Shown here piece after piece: positions 45,559 to 55,514 of a stretch of DNA of 63,642 nucleotides (positions are counted from its first letter, which is position 1; every line of letters begins with the position of its first letter). The notes under the pieces were generated by a model. It ran no database searches, had not been told where the DNA came from, and was given only the letters and a program-made list of their open reading frames with translations. Source of the DNA: an uncultured Candidatus Saccharibacteria bacterium (GTDB taxonomy: Bacteria; Patescibacteriota; UBA1384; JAMDBS01; DAOVQR01). The stretch covers positions 1 through 63,642 of the forward strand of contig CAYZSW010000006.1 of the NCBI GenBank assembly GCA_964481135.1, in the 5' to 3' direction. Made by a program: the position numbers and the translations under genes.

Positions 45559-46014
45559 TTATTCGATTTTTAATATTTTACAACTTAATTTACCATCTGG
45601 AGTTGGAAATTCAACCCTGTCATTAACTTTATGTCCTAAAAGAGAATTTGCAATTGGAGATTCACAAGAAATTTTTCCACTTGCCGGGTCTGATTCATTA
45701 ACTCCCACAATTTCGTACACTTCTTTATCTCCCTCAATTTCCATTGTCACCTTGTCTCCAACACTAACTTCTGATAAATCTTTCTTTTTGTTAATAACTT
45801 TAACCTTTTTTATCATGTTTTCCAGCTCTTGAATTCTACCCTCAATAAATGCTTGTTGTTCTTTAGCATCTTGATATTCAGAGTTTTCAGAAAGATCGCC
45901 ATATTCCTTGGCGGTTTTAATTCTTTCACGAACTTCTTTTCTTTTATTTTCTTTAAGGTCTGTTAATTCTAATTGAAGTTTTTCAAGACCTTTTTTAGTT
46001 AATACTTTACACAT
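45559..46014 (-). CDS. greA: transcription elongation factor GreA
   Basis: 151-aa ORF. The N-terminal coiled coil carries the DLSENSEYQDAKEQQ acidic-tip motif. The C-terminal part is an FKBP-like domain. Confidence 0.9.
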   Translation of the reverse strand: MCKVLTKKGLEKLQLELTDLKENKRKEVRERIKTAKEYGDLSENSEYQDAKEQQAFIEGRIQELENMIKKVKVINKKKDLSEVSVGDKVTMEIEGDKEVYEIVGVNESDPASGKISCESPIANSLLGHKVNDRVEFPTPDGKLSCKILKIE

Positions 46015-46173
46015 AATTAATACTTCCTTAATTCAAATTTTACAATTATTTGTATGATAATATCATACACTACATTTTTTTGAGATTATATATAAGATAC
46101 CAAAAAAGGGTGTTTTTTGTCAATAGTTTGTTGACAAAAAATAAAAGTAAAAAAAGAAAATTTATATTAAATT

Positions 46174-46251
46174 ATGAATTTCCCTGTGGCAGAGACCACA
46201 GGGTTTTCTGGCGAAGGGTGATAAAAAAACAGGGAATAAATATATTCCCTG
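46174..46251. repeat. GC-rich structured element B (homologue of element A) plus an adjacent terminator-like hairpin
   Basis: The element reads ATGAATTTCCCTGTGGCAGAGACCACAGGGTTTTCTGGCGAAGGGTGATAAAAAAA, followed by CAGGGAATAAATATATTCCCTG. On the minus strand the latter hairpin is followed by T7. Confidence 0.7.
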
Positions 46252-46269
46252 AAATATTGTGCATTTGAA

Positions 46270-46449
46270 TTAATTGTTTTGAGATTTGGTTGAATCTTGC
46301 TTAGTATTGTTTTGATTGCAACCATATCTTTGTTCAATCTTTTTTGCTAATTCTTCAAATCCAGGATCCCCCTGTTTAATTACTTTTAGTGGTCCGTTTA
46401 GGACACATGTCCTTGACGAATCACCGTAAAAATCAGGATCTTTTCTCAT
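46270..46449 (-). CDS. 59-aa small protein (below the ORF-track cut-off)
   Basis: Hand-translated: MRKDPDFYGDSSRTCVLNGPLKVIKQGDPGFEELAKKIEQRYGCNQNNTKQDSTKSQNN. The ATG is preceded by a canonical AAAGGAGGAACA SD. Confidence 0.5.
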   Translation of the reverse strand: MRKDPDFYGDSSRTCVLNGPLKVIKQGDPGFEELAKKIEQRYGCNQNNTKQDSTKSQNN

Positions 46450-46504
46450 TGTTCCTCCTTTTTTTTCGATTTTTCTGTATCAATGGCGTGTAAGGTCCTA
46501 ATCA

Positions 46505-46675
46505 TCATTTTTTACCAAGTTGCTTTATTTTTGCTTGGCAATTTTCGATGATTTTTCGAAGTTGCTGTTCTTGTTCATCTGTATACTGGCCAGATGCCAG
46601 CATATTCTCAGCAATTTCGATATTTTTTTCTGCTTCTTTGATCTTTTTTTCAGAACAAGATATCAATTTTCGCAT
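46505..46675 (-). CDS. 56-aa helical small protein (below the ORF-track cut-off)
   Basis: Hand-translated: MRKLISCSEKKIKEAEKNIEIAENMLASGQYTDEQEQQLRKIIENCQAKIKQLGKK. The SD is weaker (GGAG 13 nt upstream). Confidence 0.4.
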   Translation of the reverse strand: MRKLISCSEKKIKEAEKNIEIAENMLASGQYTDEQEQQLRKIIENCQAKIKQLGKK

Positions 46676-47029
46676 TATCTCTTCTACTCCTGATTTTGCA
46701 TTTCCTGGATGTGGATTTTTTTGATTTTATCTTCTCGTGTATTGTACTTTGTCGCCAAAATTTTCACCTCCTTTTGCTTTTATTTTTTGACCCATGCCGG
46801 GCCTGAAGGTTTTTACGAAACTTACGCTTTCTAGCAGGTAAGCTTCGAATAACATTTTTCTTCGTTAATATCACCTCCTAGTAAATTATTAAGCTACTTT
46901 GACAATTTTTTGATAAATAAAAAAAGCTTGCCAAATTGCTTGTAAATATAATAACAAAAAAATTACTTCTTGGCAAGGCCTTTTATCCACAACTGTAAAT
47001 TTTTAAGTATTTATGTAATTTTTTTAGCT

Positions 47030-48955
47030 TTAGTTTTCTTTTTTATTCTCAAAATAATATCTTAAAATATCTTTTGCAACCGGAACTGCTGCATCACTTC
47101 CTTCGCCACCATGTTCAATTAAAACCACTAATGCAATTTCGGGATTTTCATATGGAGCAAAGGTAGTAAACCAGGCATGTGTTTTTTTAGAATCAGATGT
47201 TTGTGCAGTACCAGTTTTACCTGCCGATGAAATTGGTAAATCCTGCAAAGATCTTGCACTGCCGTCAGTAACAGCTTGTCGCATTCCTTCACGAACGATT
47301 TGGATGTTTTCTGAACTAATGAAATCACTTCTTATAACCTCTTTTTGACTTTCATAAATTAATTCGCCCTGCCAATTTGTCATTTTTTTAACCAATTTTG
47401 GTTTTAATAATTTTCCTCCATTTGCGATTGCACTTGTAGCATTTAACATTTGTATTGGGGTGGTTAAAAAATCACCCTGTCCAATAGATAAATGATATGT
47501 GTCGCCCTGATACCAAGGTTCATTTTTGACTTTCTTTTTCCATTCATTACTAGGTATCAATCCTTTATTTTCTCCGTTTAAATCAATTCCTGTAAGTTCG
47601 CCAAACCCAAACTCTTCGAAGTATTTTCGTAATCTCTCAAGTCCTAAACCTTGAATTTTGTCATAGCCACCACCAACAGCATAGAAAAAAACATTAGAAG
47701 ACACTGCGATTGCCTTGCGGGTATTAACATAACCATGCTCTTTCCAATCAGGATAAACCCAATTCCCAATTTGAATTTCTTTAGGAGCATATATTGTAGT
47801 GTTTGATGAAATTACGCCTTCTTGTAAACCAGCGGATGCAACAATTGGTTTAATTACAGAACCAGAGGGATATGCGCCACTAATTGCTCTATTTAACATG
47901 GGCTTATTTTCATTTTTAAGTAGCTCTTCATATTTTATATTTCTATCAGCAGAAGAAAAAATATTATTATCATAAGACGGAATATTGACCAAACTTAATA
48001 TTGATCCATCTTGCGGATTCATAGCAATAACTACACCTTTACTTGCCTGAACTTGCTTGATTTTTTCATGTAGCGTATCGGCAATTTTTTTCTGAAGGTC
48101 ATAATCGATTGATAAATACAAATTATCACCTGGAGTAGGATCTAAGGTTGCTAAAATTCTTTGGATCTGTCCTTTAGAATCAACTTCGACTTGTTCTTTA
48201 CCAAATTCACCAGTTAATTCACTATTATAAATTAGTTCTATGCCAGATTTGCCAACAATACTAATTAATTTTAAATTTGGATCTGAATGCAATTCCTCTT
48301 CATTTACTTTGCCAACATAACCTAATATATGTGATAATCCTGGCAAAACTTCATAATAACGCATTGGTTTTTTTGAAATTTCTAAACCTGATATATTTTT
48401 AAATTTAACTTCTAATATTAATGCTTCATCTCTGTCTATGTTTTCTTTAAGAACTATTGAATCTAAAGAAAATAAACCAATATCGTCAATTTTTTTTCTA
48501 AGTTCATCTGTATTAATATCAATATTTTCTTTTAACAATGAATAAATTTTTTCTCTTTCTTGCTTTTCTTTGGGCAAATCAGCTGGGAAAAGTTCTAAAT
48601 TAAAAGAAGCAATATTTTTAGCTAAAATTTTTTCGTTTTTATCATAAATATTTCCCCTTGAAGCAACAATATCTTTACTTCTAACTCGATTACCTTCTGC
48701 CAAATATTCGTGTTTCGCTCCTTGAGCAATTTGTAAATCAAGTAATCTAAAAATCATCAATAAACTAAAAACAAAAACAAAACAATACATCAATATAAAA
48801 TTTGGCTTTTCAATTTTTTGTTCTAAAGTGTCACTATGGCTTGGTGTTTCCTGGGGATGCTGATATTCTTCTAGGTTTGATTTGATTTTTCCTAATTTAT
48901 TGTGAATATCTTTTCCATTAGAAAAATTTTCAAACGGATTATAATTTAACTTCAT
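47030..48955 (-). CDS. mrdA: penicillin-binding protein 2 (elongasome transpeptidase)
   Basis: 641-aa ORF with an N-terminal TM and a dimerisation domain. The transpeptidase motifs are SGSVIKP (SxxK), SSN and KTGTAQ. It lies downstream of mreBCD. Confidence 0.9.
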   Translation of the reverse strand: MKLNYNPFENFSNGKDIHNKLGKIKSNLEEYQHPQETPSHSDTLEQKIEKPNFILMYCFVFVFSLLMIFRLLDLQIAQGAKHEYLAEGNRVRSKDIVASRGNIYDKNEKILAKNIASFNLELFPADLPKEKQEREKIYSLLKENIDINTDELRKKIDDIGLFSLDSIVLKENIDRDEALILEVKFKNISGLEISKKPMRYYEVLPGLSHILGYVGKVNEEELHSDPNLKLISIVGKSGIELIYNSELTGEFGKEQVEVDSKGQIQRILATLDPTPGDNLYLSIDYDLQKKIADTLHEKIKQVQASKGVVIAMNPQDGSILSLVNIPSYDNNIFSSADRNIKYEELLKNENKPMLNRAISGAYPSGSVIKPIVASAGLQEGVISSNTTIYAPKEIQIGNWVYPDWKEHGYVNTRKAIAVSSNVFFYAVGGGYDKIQGLGLERLRKYFEEFGFGELTGIDLNGENKGLIPSNEWKKKVKNEPWYQGDTYHLSIGQGDFLTTPIQMLNATSAIANGGKLLKPKLVKKMTNWQGELIYESQKEVIRSDFISSENIQIVREGMRQAVTDGSARSLQDLPISSAGKTGTAQTSDSKKTHAWFTTFAPYENPEIALVVLIEHGGEGSDAAVPVAKDILRYYFENKKEN

Positions 48956-49419
48956 ATTTTTACCTTAATAATTGATTGGGGTTCCAAATAGTATTTTAAA
49001 AAATAATAAATAATATAACCAATAAATGTATTATAAATTGCATTTAGAAGTAGTAATTTAATTTGAAAATCATAAAACAAAAATGCAAAATCAATTACAA
49101 AGCTACAAATAACAAAAAAGAATATTATAATAAACAAATTTATTTGATGAAAAAATTTCGTTACAACAAAGGTAGCTAACAAATATATAAATAAATAAGA
49201 AAAAGTATAAAAACCAAACTTAATTGGTGAAATTAAATCAAGTAGAACACCAGATAAAAGCCAAAATACTGCTAAATCATATCTTTTAATTAATATTAAA
49301 GACAACATAATCAATAATGGTAAATTAAAAACTGCATAATAGATATCTAATCTTGGCACAATTGTTATTTGTAACATAACGACTAAGATTATTGCGATAA
49401 AATTAATTATTTTTTTCAT
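48952..49419 (-). CDS. mreD: rod-shape protein MreD
   Basis: 155-aa polytopic membrane ORF. It has 4-nt overlaps with both mreC and mrdA. The call rests mainly on position. Confidence 0.6.
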   Translation of the reverse strand: MKKIINFIAIILVVMLQITIVPRLDIYYAVFNLPLLIMLSLILIKRYDLAVFWLLSGVLLDLISPIKFGFYTFSYLFIYLLATFVVTKFFHQINLFIIIFFFVICSFVIDFAFLFYDFQIKLLLLNAIYNTFIGYIIYYFLKYYLEPQSIIKVKI

Positions 49420-50198
49420 CTTAAAATAAATACTATATCTAAGTTATTAAATTTTATTGGTGACTCTATTTGGGATTTTTGAAATATTTCCGATTCTGCA
49501 GAAATAATTTTTTTTACCTTACCAACTGGAATTGATTGAGGCAAATTTCCACCAAGTCCACTTGTAAGTACCATTTCTTCCTTTTTTAATTCGATATCTA
49601 AAGGGATTTCTCTTGCAATAAGACCGGTTAACCCACCCTGTAAAAGACCTGTAGCGCGCGAATCTTGCATGACAATCGGTATGAGTGAAGTCGAGTCAAT
49701 AATAAGTAAAACATCACAATTATCTTTATAAACCTCAGAAACAACACCTACTAAAAAACCAGAAGAAACAACAGCTTGATTTTCTTTAACTCCATCGTCA
49801 TAACCTTTATTTATTTTTATACTTCGAATATATGAATTAGGAGAATATGAAATTACTTCAGCCGCAAGATATTCTTCCTGTTTTCTATCTTTAACAAATC
49901 CCAATTCTCCTCTTAAAATTTTATTTTCATACTGAAGTTCTTTTATTTGAGCAAGTTTTGCTTTTAATTCTAAATTTTCTTGACTCAAATTATTATTAAT
50001 TTGTTCGATTTGTCCAATTGATATAATTTTTGAAAAAAAACCTTGTGTATTATTTTTCATTTCTATCATTATTCTTAAAAATGGATTAGATAAATTTTGA
50101 CTTAAATTTTTAATAGGTAAAATTACCCAAGGATATAAAATAAAACCTAAAAGGGCTAAAATAATTATAATAACAATAAGTAAATTATTTTTTTTCAT
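49416..50198 (-). CDS. mreC: rod-shape protein MreC
   Basis: 260-aa ORF with an N-terminal TM, a coiled coil (LSQENLELKAKLAQIKELQYENKILRGEL) and beta-barrel domains with GLVGVV and TSGLGGNLP motifs. Confidence 0.85.
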   Translation of the reverse strand: MKKNNLLIVIIIILALLGFILYPWVILPIKNLSQNLSNPFLRIMIEMKNNTQGFFSKIISIGQIEQINNNLSQENLELKAKLAQIKELQYENKILRGELGFVKDRKQEEYLAAEVISYSPNSYIRSIKINKGYDDGVKENQAVVSSGFLVGVVSEVYKDNCDVLLIIDSTSLIPIVMQDSRATGLLQGGLTGLIAREIPLDIELKKEEMVLTSGLGGNLPQSIPVGKVKKIISAESEIFQKSQIESPIKFNNLDIVFILR

Positions 50199-50213
50199 AA
50201 AATTAATATTGTA

Positions 50214-50366
50214 TCTTAACCACTAAGCTTATTCACAGATCATATAGATTTAAATTTCGTTAAAAATTTTATTATCAGTGAAATCTGTAAAAAAAAGATC
50301 TGTGGTTAGATTATTAATTATTTCCTAATCTGTATTATCTGTGCAAAAAGATCTGTGGTTAGATTA
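50214..50366. repeat. repeat cluster in the mreB-mreC spacer
   Basis: There is a perfect 21-nt direct repeat AAAAGATCTGTGGTTAGATTA at 50293..50313 and 50346..50366. A split inverted copy (CTTAACCAC...CACAGATC) lies at 50214..50241. ATCTGT occurs five times between 50282 and 50356. Confidence 0.8.
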
Positions 50367-50377
50367 CTTTAAAAATT

Positions 50378-51421
50378 CTATTTTTGAAATTCAGTAGGCA
50401 ATAACACACCTTTTAGTAAATCAAGATCTTCTAATACTACTCCTGTACCTCTTACAACACATGTTAGAGGGTCGTCTGCGATGTGCACTTTGGTTTGAGT
50501 TGAATGTTGTATAAGTTTATCAAATCCACGCAATAGTGCACCTCCACCTGTTAAAACTATTCCTTTTGTCATAATATCAGCCACAAGTTCTGGTGGGGTT
50601 TCTTCAATAGTTGTTTTTATTGAATCTACAATGTCTTGAATAGAATTTTTAATAGCATCTCTTATTTGTTCGTCTGTAACAATTATTTCCTTAGGTAAAC
50701 CAGTAATTAAATCTCGGCCACGCATTGGAATTTTTAAAGTTTGTTTTAGTGGCAAGGCAGAACCAATTTCAATTTTAATTTCTTCGGCAGTACGGTCGCC
50801 CAATACTAAATTTAATTTTTCTCTTGCATAATTTTTAATATCCTCGTTTAATTCATCTCCTGCAATTCTTAATGATCGAGAAGCAACAATTCCACCCAAT
50901 GAAATAACTGCTACTTCTGTAGTGCCACCACCAATATCAACAACCATACATCCCGAAGCTTCTTGAATAGGTAATCTCGCACCAATTGCAGCAGCAATAG
51001 GTTCCTCTATCAGATAAACCTCTCTCGCTCCTGCATTAATGGATCCTTCTTCGACAGCTCTTCTTTCAACTTCTGTAACTCCGTAAGGGATACCGACAAT
51101 TACTCTTGGCCTTGGCAACAATGTAAAACCTTCTTTGTGAACTTTTGAAATAAAATACTTAAGCATCTGCTCAGTTACTTCAAAATCAGAAACAACACCA
51201 TCTACTAAAGGTTTAATTGCCACAATATGACCCGGCGTTCTTCCTACCATTTGCCTAGCTTCTTCGCCAATAGCTAATACTTGTTTTGTTTTTTGATTTA
51301 TTGCCACCACCGAAGGTTCATTAATAATCACACCCCTACCCTTAATATATACCAATGTGTTGGCTGTACCTAAATCTATTCCTACATCATGTGAAAACAT
51401 ACCGAGTAATCGGTTTAACAT
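50378..51421 (-). CDS. mreB: actin-like rod-shape protein MreB
   Basis: 347-aa ORF with DVGIDLGTANTLVY, EPIAAAIGA, VVDIGGGTTEVAVIS and LTGGGALLRG. Confidence 0.95.
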   Translation of the reverse strand: MLNRLLGMFSHDVGIDLGTANTLVYIKGRGVIINEPSVVAINQKTKQVLAIGEEARQMVGRTPGHIVAIKPLVDGVVSDFEVTEQMLKYFISKVHKEGFTLLPRPRVIVGIPYGVTEVERRAVEEGSINAGAREVYLIEEPIAAAIGARLPIQEASGCMVVDIGGGTTEVAVISLGGIVASRSLRIAGDELNEDIKNYAREKLNLVLGDRTAEEIKIEIGSALPLKQTLKIPMRGRDLITGLPKEIIVTDEQIRDAIKNSIQDIVDSIKTTIEETPPELVADIMTKGIVLTGGGALLRGFDKLIQHSTQTKVHIADDPLTCVVRGTGVVLEDLDLLKGVLLPTEFQK

Positions 51422-51474
51422 ATTTTTCTCCGTAAATTAATATTAGCTATAAACTAGATTAAAATCAACATTTT

Positions 51475-52500
51475 TTATCTTTTTTGTTTATTTTGATTAT
51501 GCTCTTCTAATGTTTCGGCAAAAAATATTTGATTATCTTTTGAATGTAAAAAATAAAAATATTTATGTTTTTCTGGCTCAAGTACAGCTTTTATGCTTGC
51601 AAGTCCTGGATTACAAATAGGTCCTGGAGGTAAGCCCCTATAAAGATATGTATTATAAGGAGAATTTACATCTTTATAATCTGATAATTTTATTGGATCC
51701 CAACTACCTTTCGCATACTGAATAGTTGGGTCTGCATCCAATTTCATATTGATATTTAATCTATTTGTATATAAACCCGCAATTTGAGGTCTTTCATCGT
51801 TTGTTTTTGCCTCTCTTTCAACAATTGAAGCTAATATTAAATCGTTTTTTGTAACTGACAAGTCCTTAGTCTTATTTTGAAAATTTTCTGTTAATTTATT
51901 AACAATTTCTTGGGCATTAGCATTAACTGATATTCTGTATGTATCTGGAAATAAATAACCTTCTTTACCCTCAGAAAATTTCATAAATTCATCAAATTCA
52001 ACAATGTTGTTTTCTGCAAGCATCTGTGCAATTTGCTCCCTGCGCCAACCCTCAATAATTGTAATCTTATTTTCTTGCACATTACCTTTAGACACTGGAT
52101 CAAGTATTTGATCTAATGTCATATTAGATTGTAAATAATATATTCCCGGTATTAAATTAATATTTTTAAAATACACATATAATGCAAATATGTACTTATT
52201 GTGAATAAGTTTTTTTTGTTTTAATGATTCACCAATATCTAAAGTTGTTTCTCCTTCAAAAATTTCAAATGAAATATTTTGGCTGGATTTACCTGCAGGA
52301 ATTTTTGTTGCGTAGAAATAATACATAATCGGCAGTAAAATTATAATAATTAAAACAATGAAGCAGGTAAGCCATTTATTTTTTTTCTTGCCAAAATCAC
52401 AATTTTCCTGGTTTTTGTTTTTTAGATTTTCGGATAAATTATGATGTTTTTCAAAATTATCATCAGACTGTTTTTTCTTTTTAAATATAATATCTCTCAT
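51475..52500 (-). CDS. mltG: endolytic murein transglycosylase MltG (YceG-like)
   Basis: 341-aa ORF with an N-terminal TM. It has ILASIVEREA, PYNTYLYRGLPPGPICNPG and YFYF motifs. Confidence 0.85.
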   Translation of the reverse strand: MRDIIFKKKKQSDDNFEKHHNLSENLKNKNQENCDFGKKKNKWLTCFIVLIIIILLPIMYYFYATKIPAGKSSQNISFEIFEGETTLDIGESLKQKKLIHNKYIFALYVYFKNINLIPGIYYLQSNMTLDQILDPVSKGNVQENKITIIEGWRREQIAQMLAENNIVEFDEFMKFSEGKEGYLFPDTYRISVNANAQEIVNKLTENFQNKTKDLSVTKNDLILASIVEREAKTNDERPQIAGLYTNRLNINMKLDADPTIQYAKGSWDPIKLSDYKDVNSPYNTYLYRGLPPGPICNPGLASIKAVLEPEKHKYFYFLHSKDNQIFFAETLEEHNQNKQKR

Positions 52501-52517
52501 ATTTTCCTCCTTGAAAA

Positions 52518-52940
52518 CTATAAATTCCTATCTAAGTATTGATCCAAAATCAATTTAGCAGAAAATTGATCTTTTCTTTTTTTAATAGTGTCTATGCTTA
52601 ATCCTTTTTTAAATAATAAATTTTCTGCTTCCTTGGTTGTTAATCTTTCATCTTCTAAAAATATTTTAATTTTTAAATTATATAGATTAATCTTTTCCTT
52701 AAAAATTTCAACGAAATCTAAAACATATTTTGTCATATCAGAATCTGTTCCATCCATATTTTTAGGCATACCAATCACAATCTTATCAATATTATTTTTT
52801 TTAATTAAAAAAATAATTTCAACAATTGCTTTTTTTTGATCTAAATAATTTATTGTGCAAAATTCCTCAGAAATTAATTCTGACTTTGAAATCGACAAAC
52901 CAATTTTTTTTCTTCCAACATCTAATGCAAGTATTGCCAT
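52518..52940 (-). CDS. ruvX: Holliday-junction-resolvase-like pre-16S rRNA nuclease RuvX (YqgF)
   Basis: 140-aa ORF with ILALDVGRKKIGLSIS, IVIGMPKNMDGT and DERLTT. Confidence 0.85.
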   Translation of the reverse strand: MAILALDVGRKKIGLSISKSELISEEFCTINYLDQKKAIVEIIFLIKKNNIDKIVIGMPKNMDGTDSDMTKYVLDFVEIFKEKINLYNLKIKIFLEDERLTTKEAENLLFKKGLSIDTIKKRKDQFSAKLILDQYLDRNL

Positions 52941-52982
52941 GAATTTATTATAACATATTTTATTATGACTAAAATAAATTAA

Positions 52983-53011
52983 GGCACGCTTGATGTTTAT
53001 ATACGCGTGCC
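52983..53011 (-). terminator. terminator-like hairpin after the phosphoribosyltransferase gene
   Basis: A GGCACGC/GCGTGCC 7-bp GC stem is followed on the minus strand by TTAATTTATTTT. Confidence 0.5.
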
Positions 53012-53030
53012 ATAGACAATTATTAGAAGG

Positions 53031-53684
53031 TTATAAATCTTCGTAGATATATTTGTCTCCACGGACTGCATCTTTATTGTCTAACCCGTATCCGTAGAGA
53101 AATACTTCTCTCTTTTTATATCGGATTCCTGTAAAATCAGGGATTAAATCCGAAGTGTTTTTTGTATCCAAAAAAACTACCGAGTAGATATTTTTAGGAT
53201 TCATTGATTTAATTTTTTCAATAGCTGCTTGCATAGAAAGGCCTGTTGCAAGTAAGTTATCAATAATAAAAACCTGTCTATTTTCGATTAAATCCACATC
53301 TGGAGCATGAGTGATAATTCGCTGACAATTAACCATTTGATCGCCTTGATAGTTTTTTTTCATGGCGATAATAGTAGTTTTAATTTCAATATTATATCTC
53401 TTACCATTCTTCTTTTTTTGTGTATCTGCTTCGTAATACATAGCTCTTTCTAAGTCAGCCATGACATTAATACCGCCAATCGCAATAGCAACGAATACTA
53501 TTTGTTTAATATTGTTTTCTTTACAGTAATTATAAATATTTCTAGCAATTTTTCTCACACCAAGCTTGACTTGGCGTTTGCTAAATAAAATTTTGTACTG
53601 CTTGGTTTGACCATTAATGGTTCTGTAAATAATATCACCACGTTTTTTAGCAGGTTTATTTTCCGTTTTTATCATATCAATCAT
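53031..53684 (-). CDS. type I phosphoribosyltransferase (purine PRTase-like)
   Basis: 217-aa ORF. The PRPP-binding loop is VFIIDNLLATGLSM. Confidence 0.65.
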   Translation of the reverse strand: MIDMIKTENKPAKKRGDIIYRTINGQTKQYKILFSKRQVKLGVRKIARNIYNYCKENNIKQIVFVAIAIGGINVMADLERAMYYEADTQKKKNGKRYNIEIKTTIIAMKKNYQGDQMVNCQRIITHAPDVDLIENRQVFIIDNLLATGLSMQAAIEKIKSMNPKNIYSVVFLDTKNTSDLIPDFTGIRYKKREVFLYGYGLDNKDAVRGDKYIYEDL

Positions 53685-53825
53685 CTCCTATAAAAAAATT
53701 TTTATGTTCAGGATTTTTTTATTATTTTATTTTAAAAAAAGACGCTTACAAAGGCCTCTTTTAAAAAATAAATATTAAATACTCTCCATATACAAACGCT
53801 ACAGCAAATATGAATAATTGTCAAA

Positions 53826-55496
53826 TTATTCTTGGGTATTAGATTTTTCAACTTTTTTTTCAACCTTAATTCTTCTAGTTAAACGAGGTAATGTTTTTGG
53901 CCACCAAGAAGGTTTGATTTCAATATCAACTGTTTTAATTGTTTCATCCTGTTTGATTTTGTTTTCAGCGTCAAATATTTTTTTACCTTTCACGCTATTT
54001 TTAATATTTTCTTCATCTATTTTGGGGCCTGTATGAGTATTAATTTTTTGATTTAATTTTAATATACCTTCGGAAAAATCTGTATTGCCAGAAATAGTAT
54101 GGATCTCATCGGTTTCAGAAAGAATTACTTCTTTATCGTCCGGAACATTTTTATTTAATGCTAAAGTTATAACCTCCCTGTATTCGTTTTCATTGTAGGC
54201 AATTGTTCTAGATTTCACTGTAATTCTTACTTCGAAATTTTCACCCTCTGAGTTAATCGTTTTATTAGAAGAAAAGGATATTTCGTCGTGGGTAATAGTT
54301 GAATCAAAAAACTTTTTCTTGCCAATTTTATTAGTTAGTTCAATAATATTTTTTTCAATAATCAGTTTTTTAATTTCGTCTTTAGCCTTATTTATATCGT
54401 CTTCAGTAACTATCTTGATTTTCTTACTCACTCCGCCAGACATAGCAGCACTAGATTCAGCTGAAACACTCGCATTAACTGAAAAACTACTTGGTCTGAT
54501 ATTGTATTTATCACCTGCCTCTGAGGCCTGAACTTTAACACTTGCTGCCCCTGCAGATTTAACTACATTACCTCCGGCATCAACAGAAGCAGTTGCCTTA
54601 GGAACAGTAACTGACTCAGTTGAAACAAATTTCAATCCATTAGCTGTAAATGTTGTGCCGGCTGCTAAACTCTGCTCTACTCCAGTACCGTTAGAAAGTT
54701 TAATTGTACCACTAGCTTTTTCTCCTAGATCTTTGGTTCCTGTAGAAGGAAAAGTTTTTATTTCTTGTTTTTCAATTTCAATTAACTCACCAGGAACAGC
54801 ATTCCGGCTTTCATCAATTTTATTAATATTGTTGTCGACCAAAATTTCTAGTTCTGTTTCAAATGGCTCACTCTGAAAAATTAAATTAATTTGTGCACTC
54901 GGCAAAAAGAAATAAAGTAGCCCAATTGCGACTAGAATAATTAAAAGTAAAATTAATATTTTACCAATATGTTTTTTATTTGAGTTTTTACCTGAATTTG
55001 AAAAGGATGGGGTTTTTGATTCTGAAAAATTAGACTTATTATAATTTGGCGAAGCATCAGTATTAACAATTTGTTTTTTAAAAAAAGGTTTTGGTTTACT
55101 AACTTCTTCTTGAACTGGACTAGACTGGTAGTCGTGAACACTAACTCCTTTTGGTTTTGAGGACTGTTTCTGGCTTAAATCTAATTCGATTATTTCAGAT
55201 GATTCTGGTTCGGGTCTAGTTGGATTAATTATTGGTCTTGAAGAGCGAATACTATCATAAACTGATAACCCCACCTGAGACGCTAAATTGCGACCTATTC
55301 TATCTTGAGTTACTAAGGCAATATCTTTTTTCAATACTTCTGCCTCTTTTTTTAAAATTTTTAAATTAATTACACTTTGAATAATTGCTGCTCCTTTAGG
55401 AATTACTAAAGCAACACTTTTTCCAGACAATGATTTCATCTTTTCTATAACAGAAGGTATTTCTTCATCTAATTCTAAATATATTACTTCGTCCAT
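53826..55496 (-). CDS. hypothetical single-pass membrane protein, downstream of the ftsA-like gene
   Basis: 556-aa ORF. It has an N-terminal cytoplasmic domain, an S/P/N-rich linker, a TM (ILILLLIILVAIGLLYFF) and a large beta-rich extracytoplasmic part. No family assigned. Confidence 0.6.
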   Translation of the reverse strand: MDEVIYLELDEEIPSVIEKMKSLSGKSVALVIPKGAAIIQSVINLKILKKEAEVLKKDIALVTQDRIGRNLASQVGLSVYDSIRSSRPIINPTRPEPESSEIIELDLSQKQSSKPKGVSVHDYQSSPVQEEVSKPKPFFKKQIVNTDASPNYNKSNFSESKTPSFSNSGKNSNKKHIGKILILLLIILVAIGLLYFFLPSAQINLIFQSEPFETELEILVDNNINKIDESRNAVPGELIEIEKQEIKTFPSTGTKDLGEKASGTIKLSNGTGVEQSLAAGTTFTANGLKFVSTESVTVPKATASVDAGGNVVKSAGAASVKVQASEAGDKYNIRPSSFSVNASVSAESSAAMSGGVSKKIKIVTEDDINKAKDEIKKLIIEKNIIELTNKIGKKKFFDSTITHDEISFSSNKTINSEGENFEVRITVKSRTIAYNENEYREVITLALNKNVPDDKEVILSETDEIHTISGNTDFSEGILKLNQKINTHTGPKIDEENIKNSVKGKKIFDAENKIKQDETIKTVDIEIKPSWWPKTLPRLTRRIKVEKKVEKSNTQE

Positions 55497-55514
55497 ACCA
55501 CTCCTTTGAAAAAA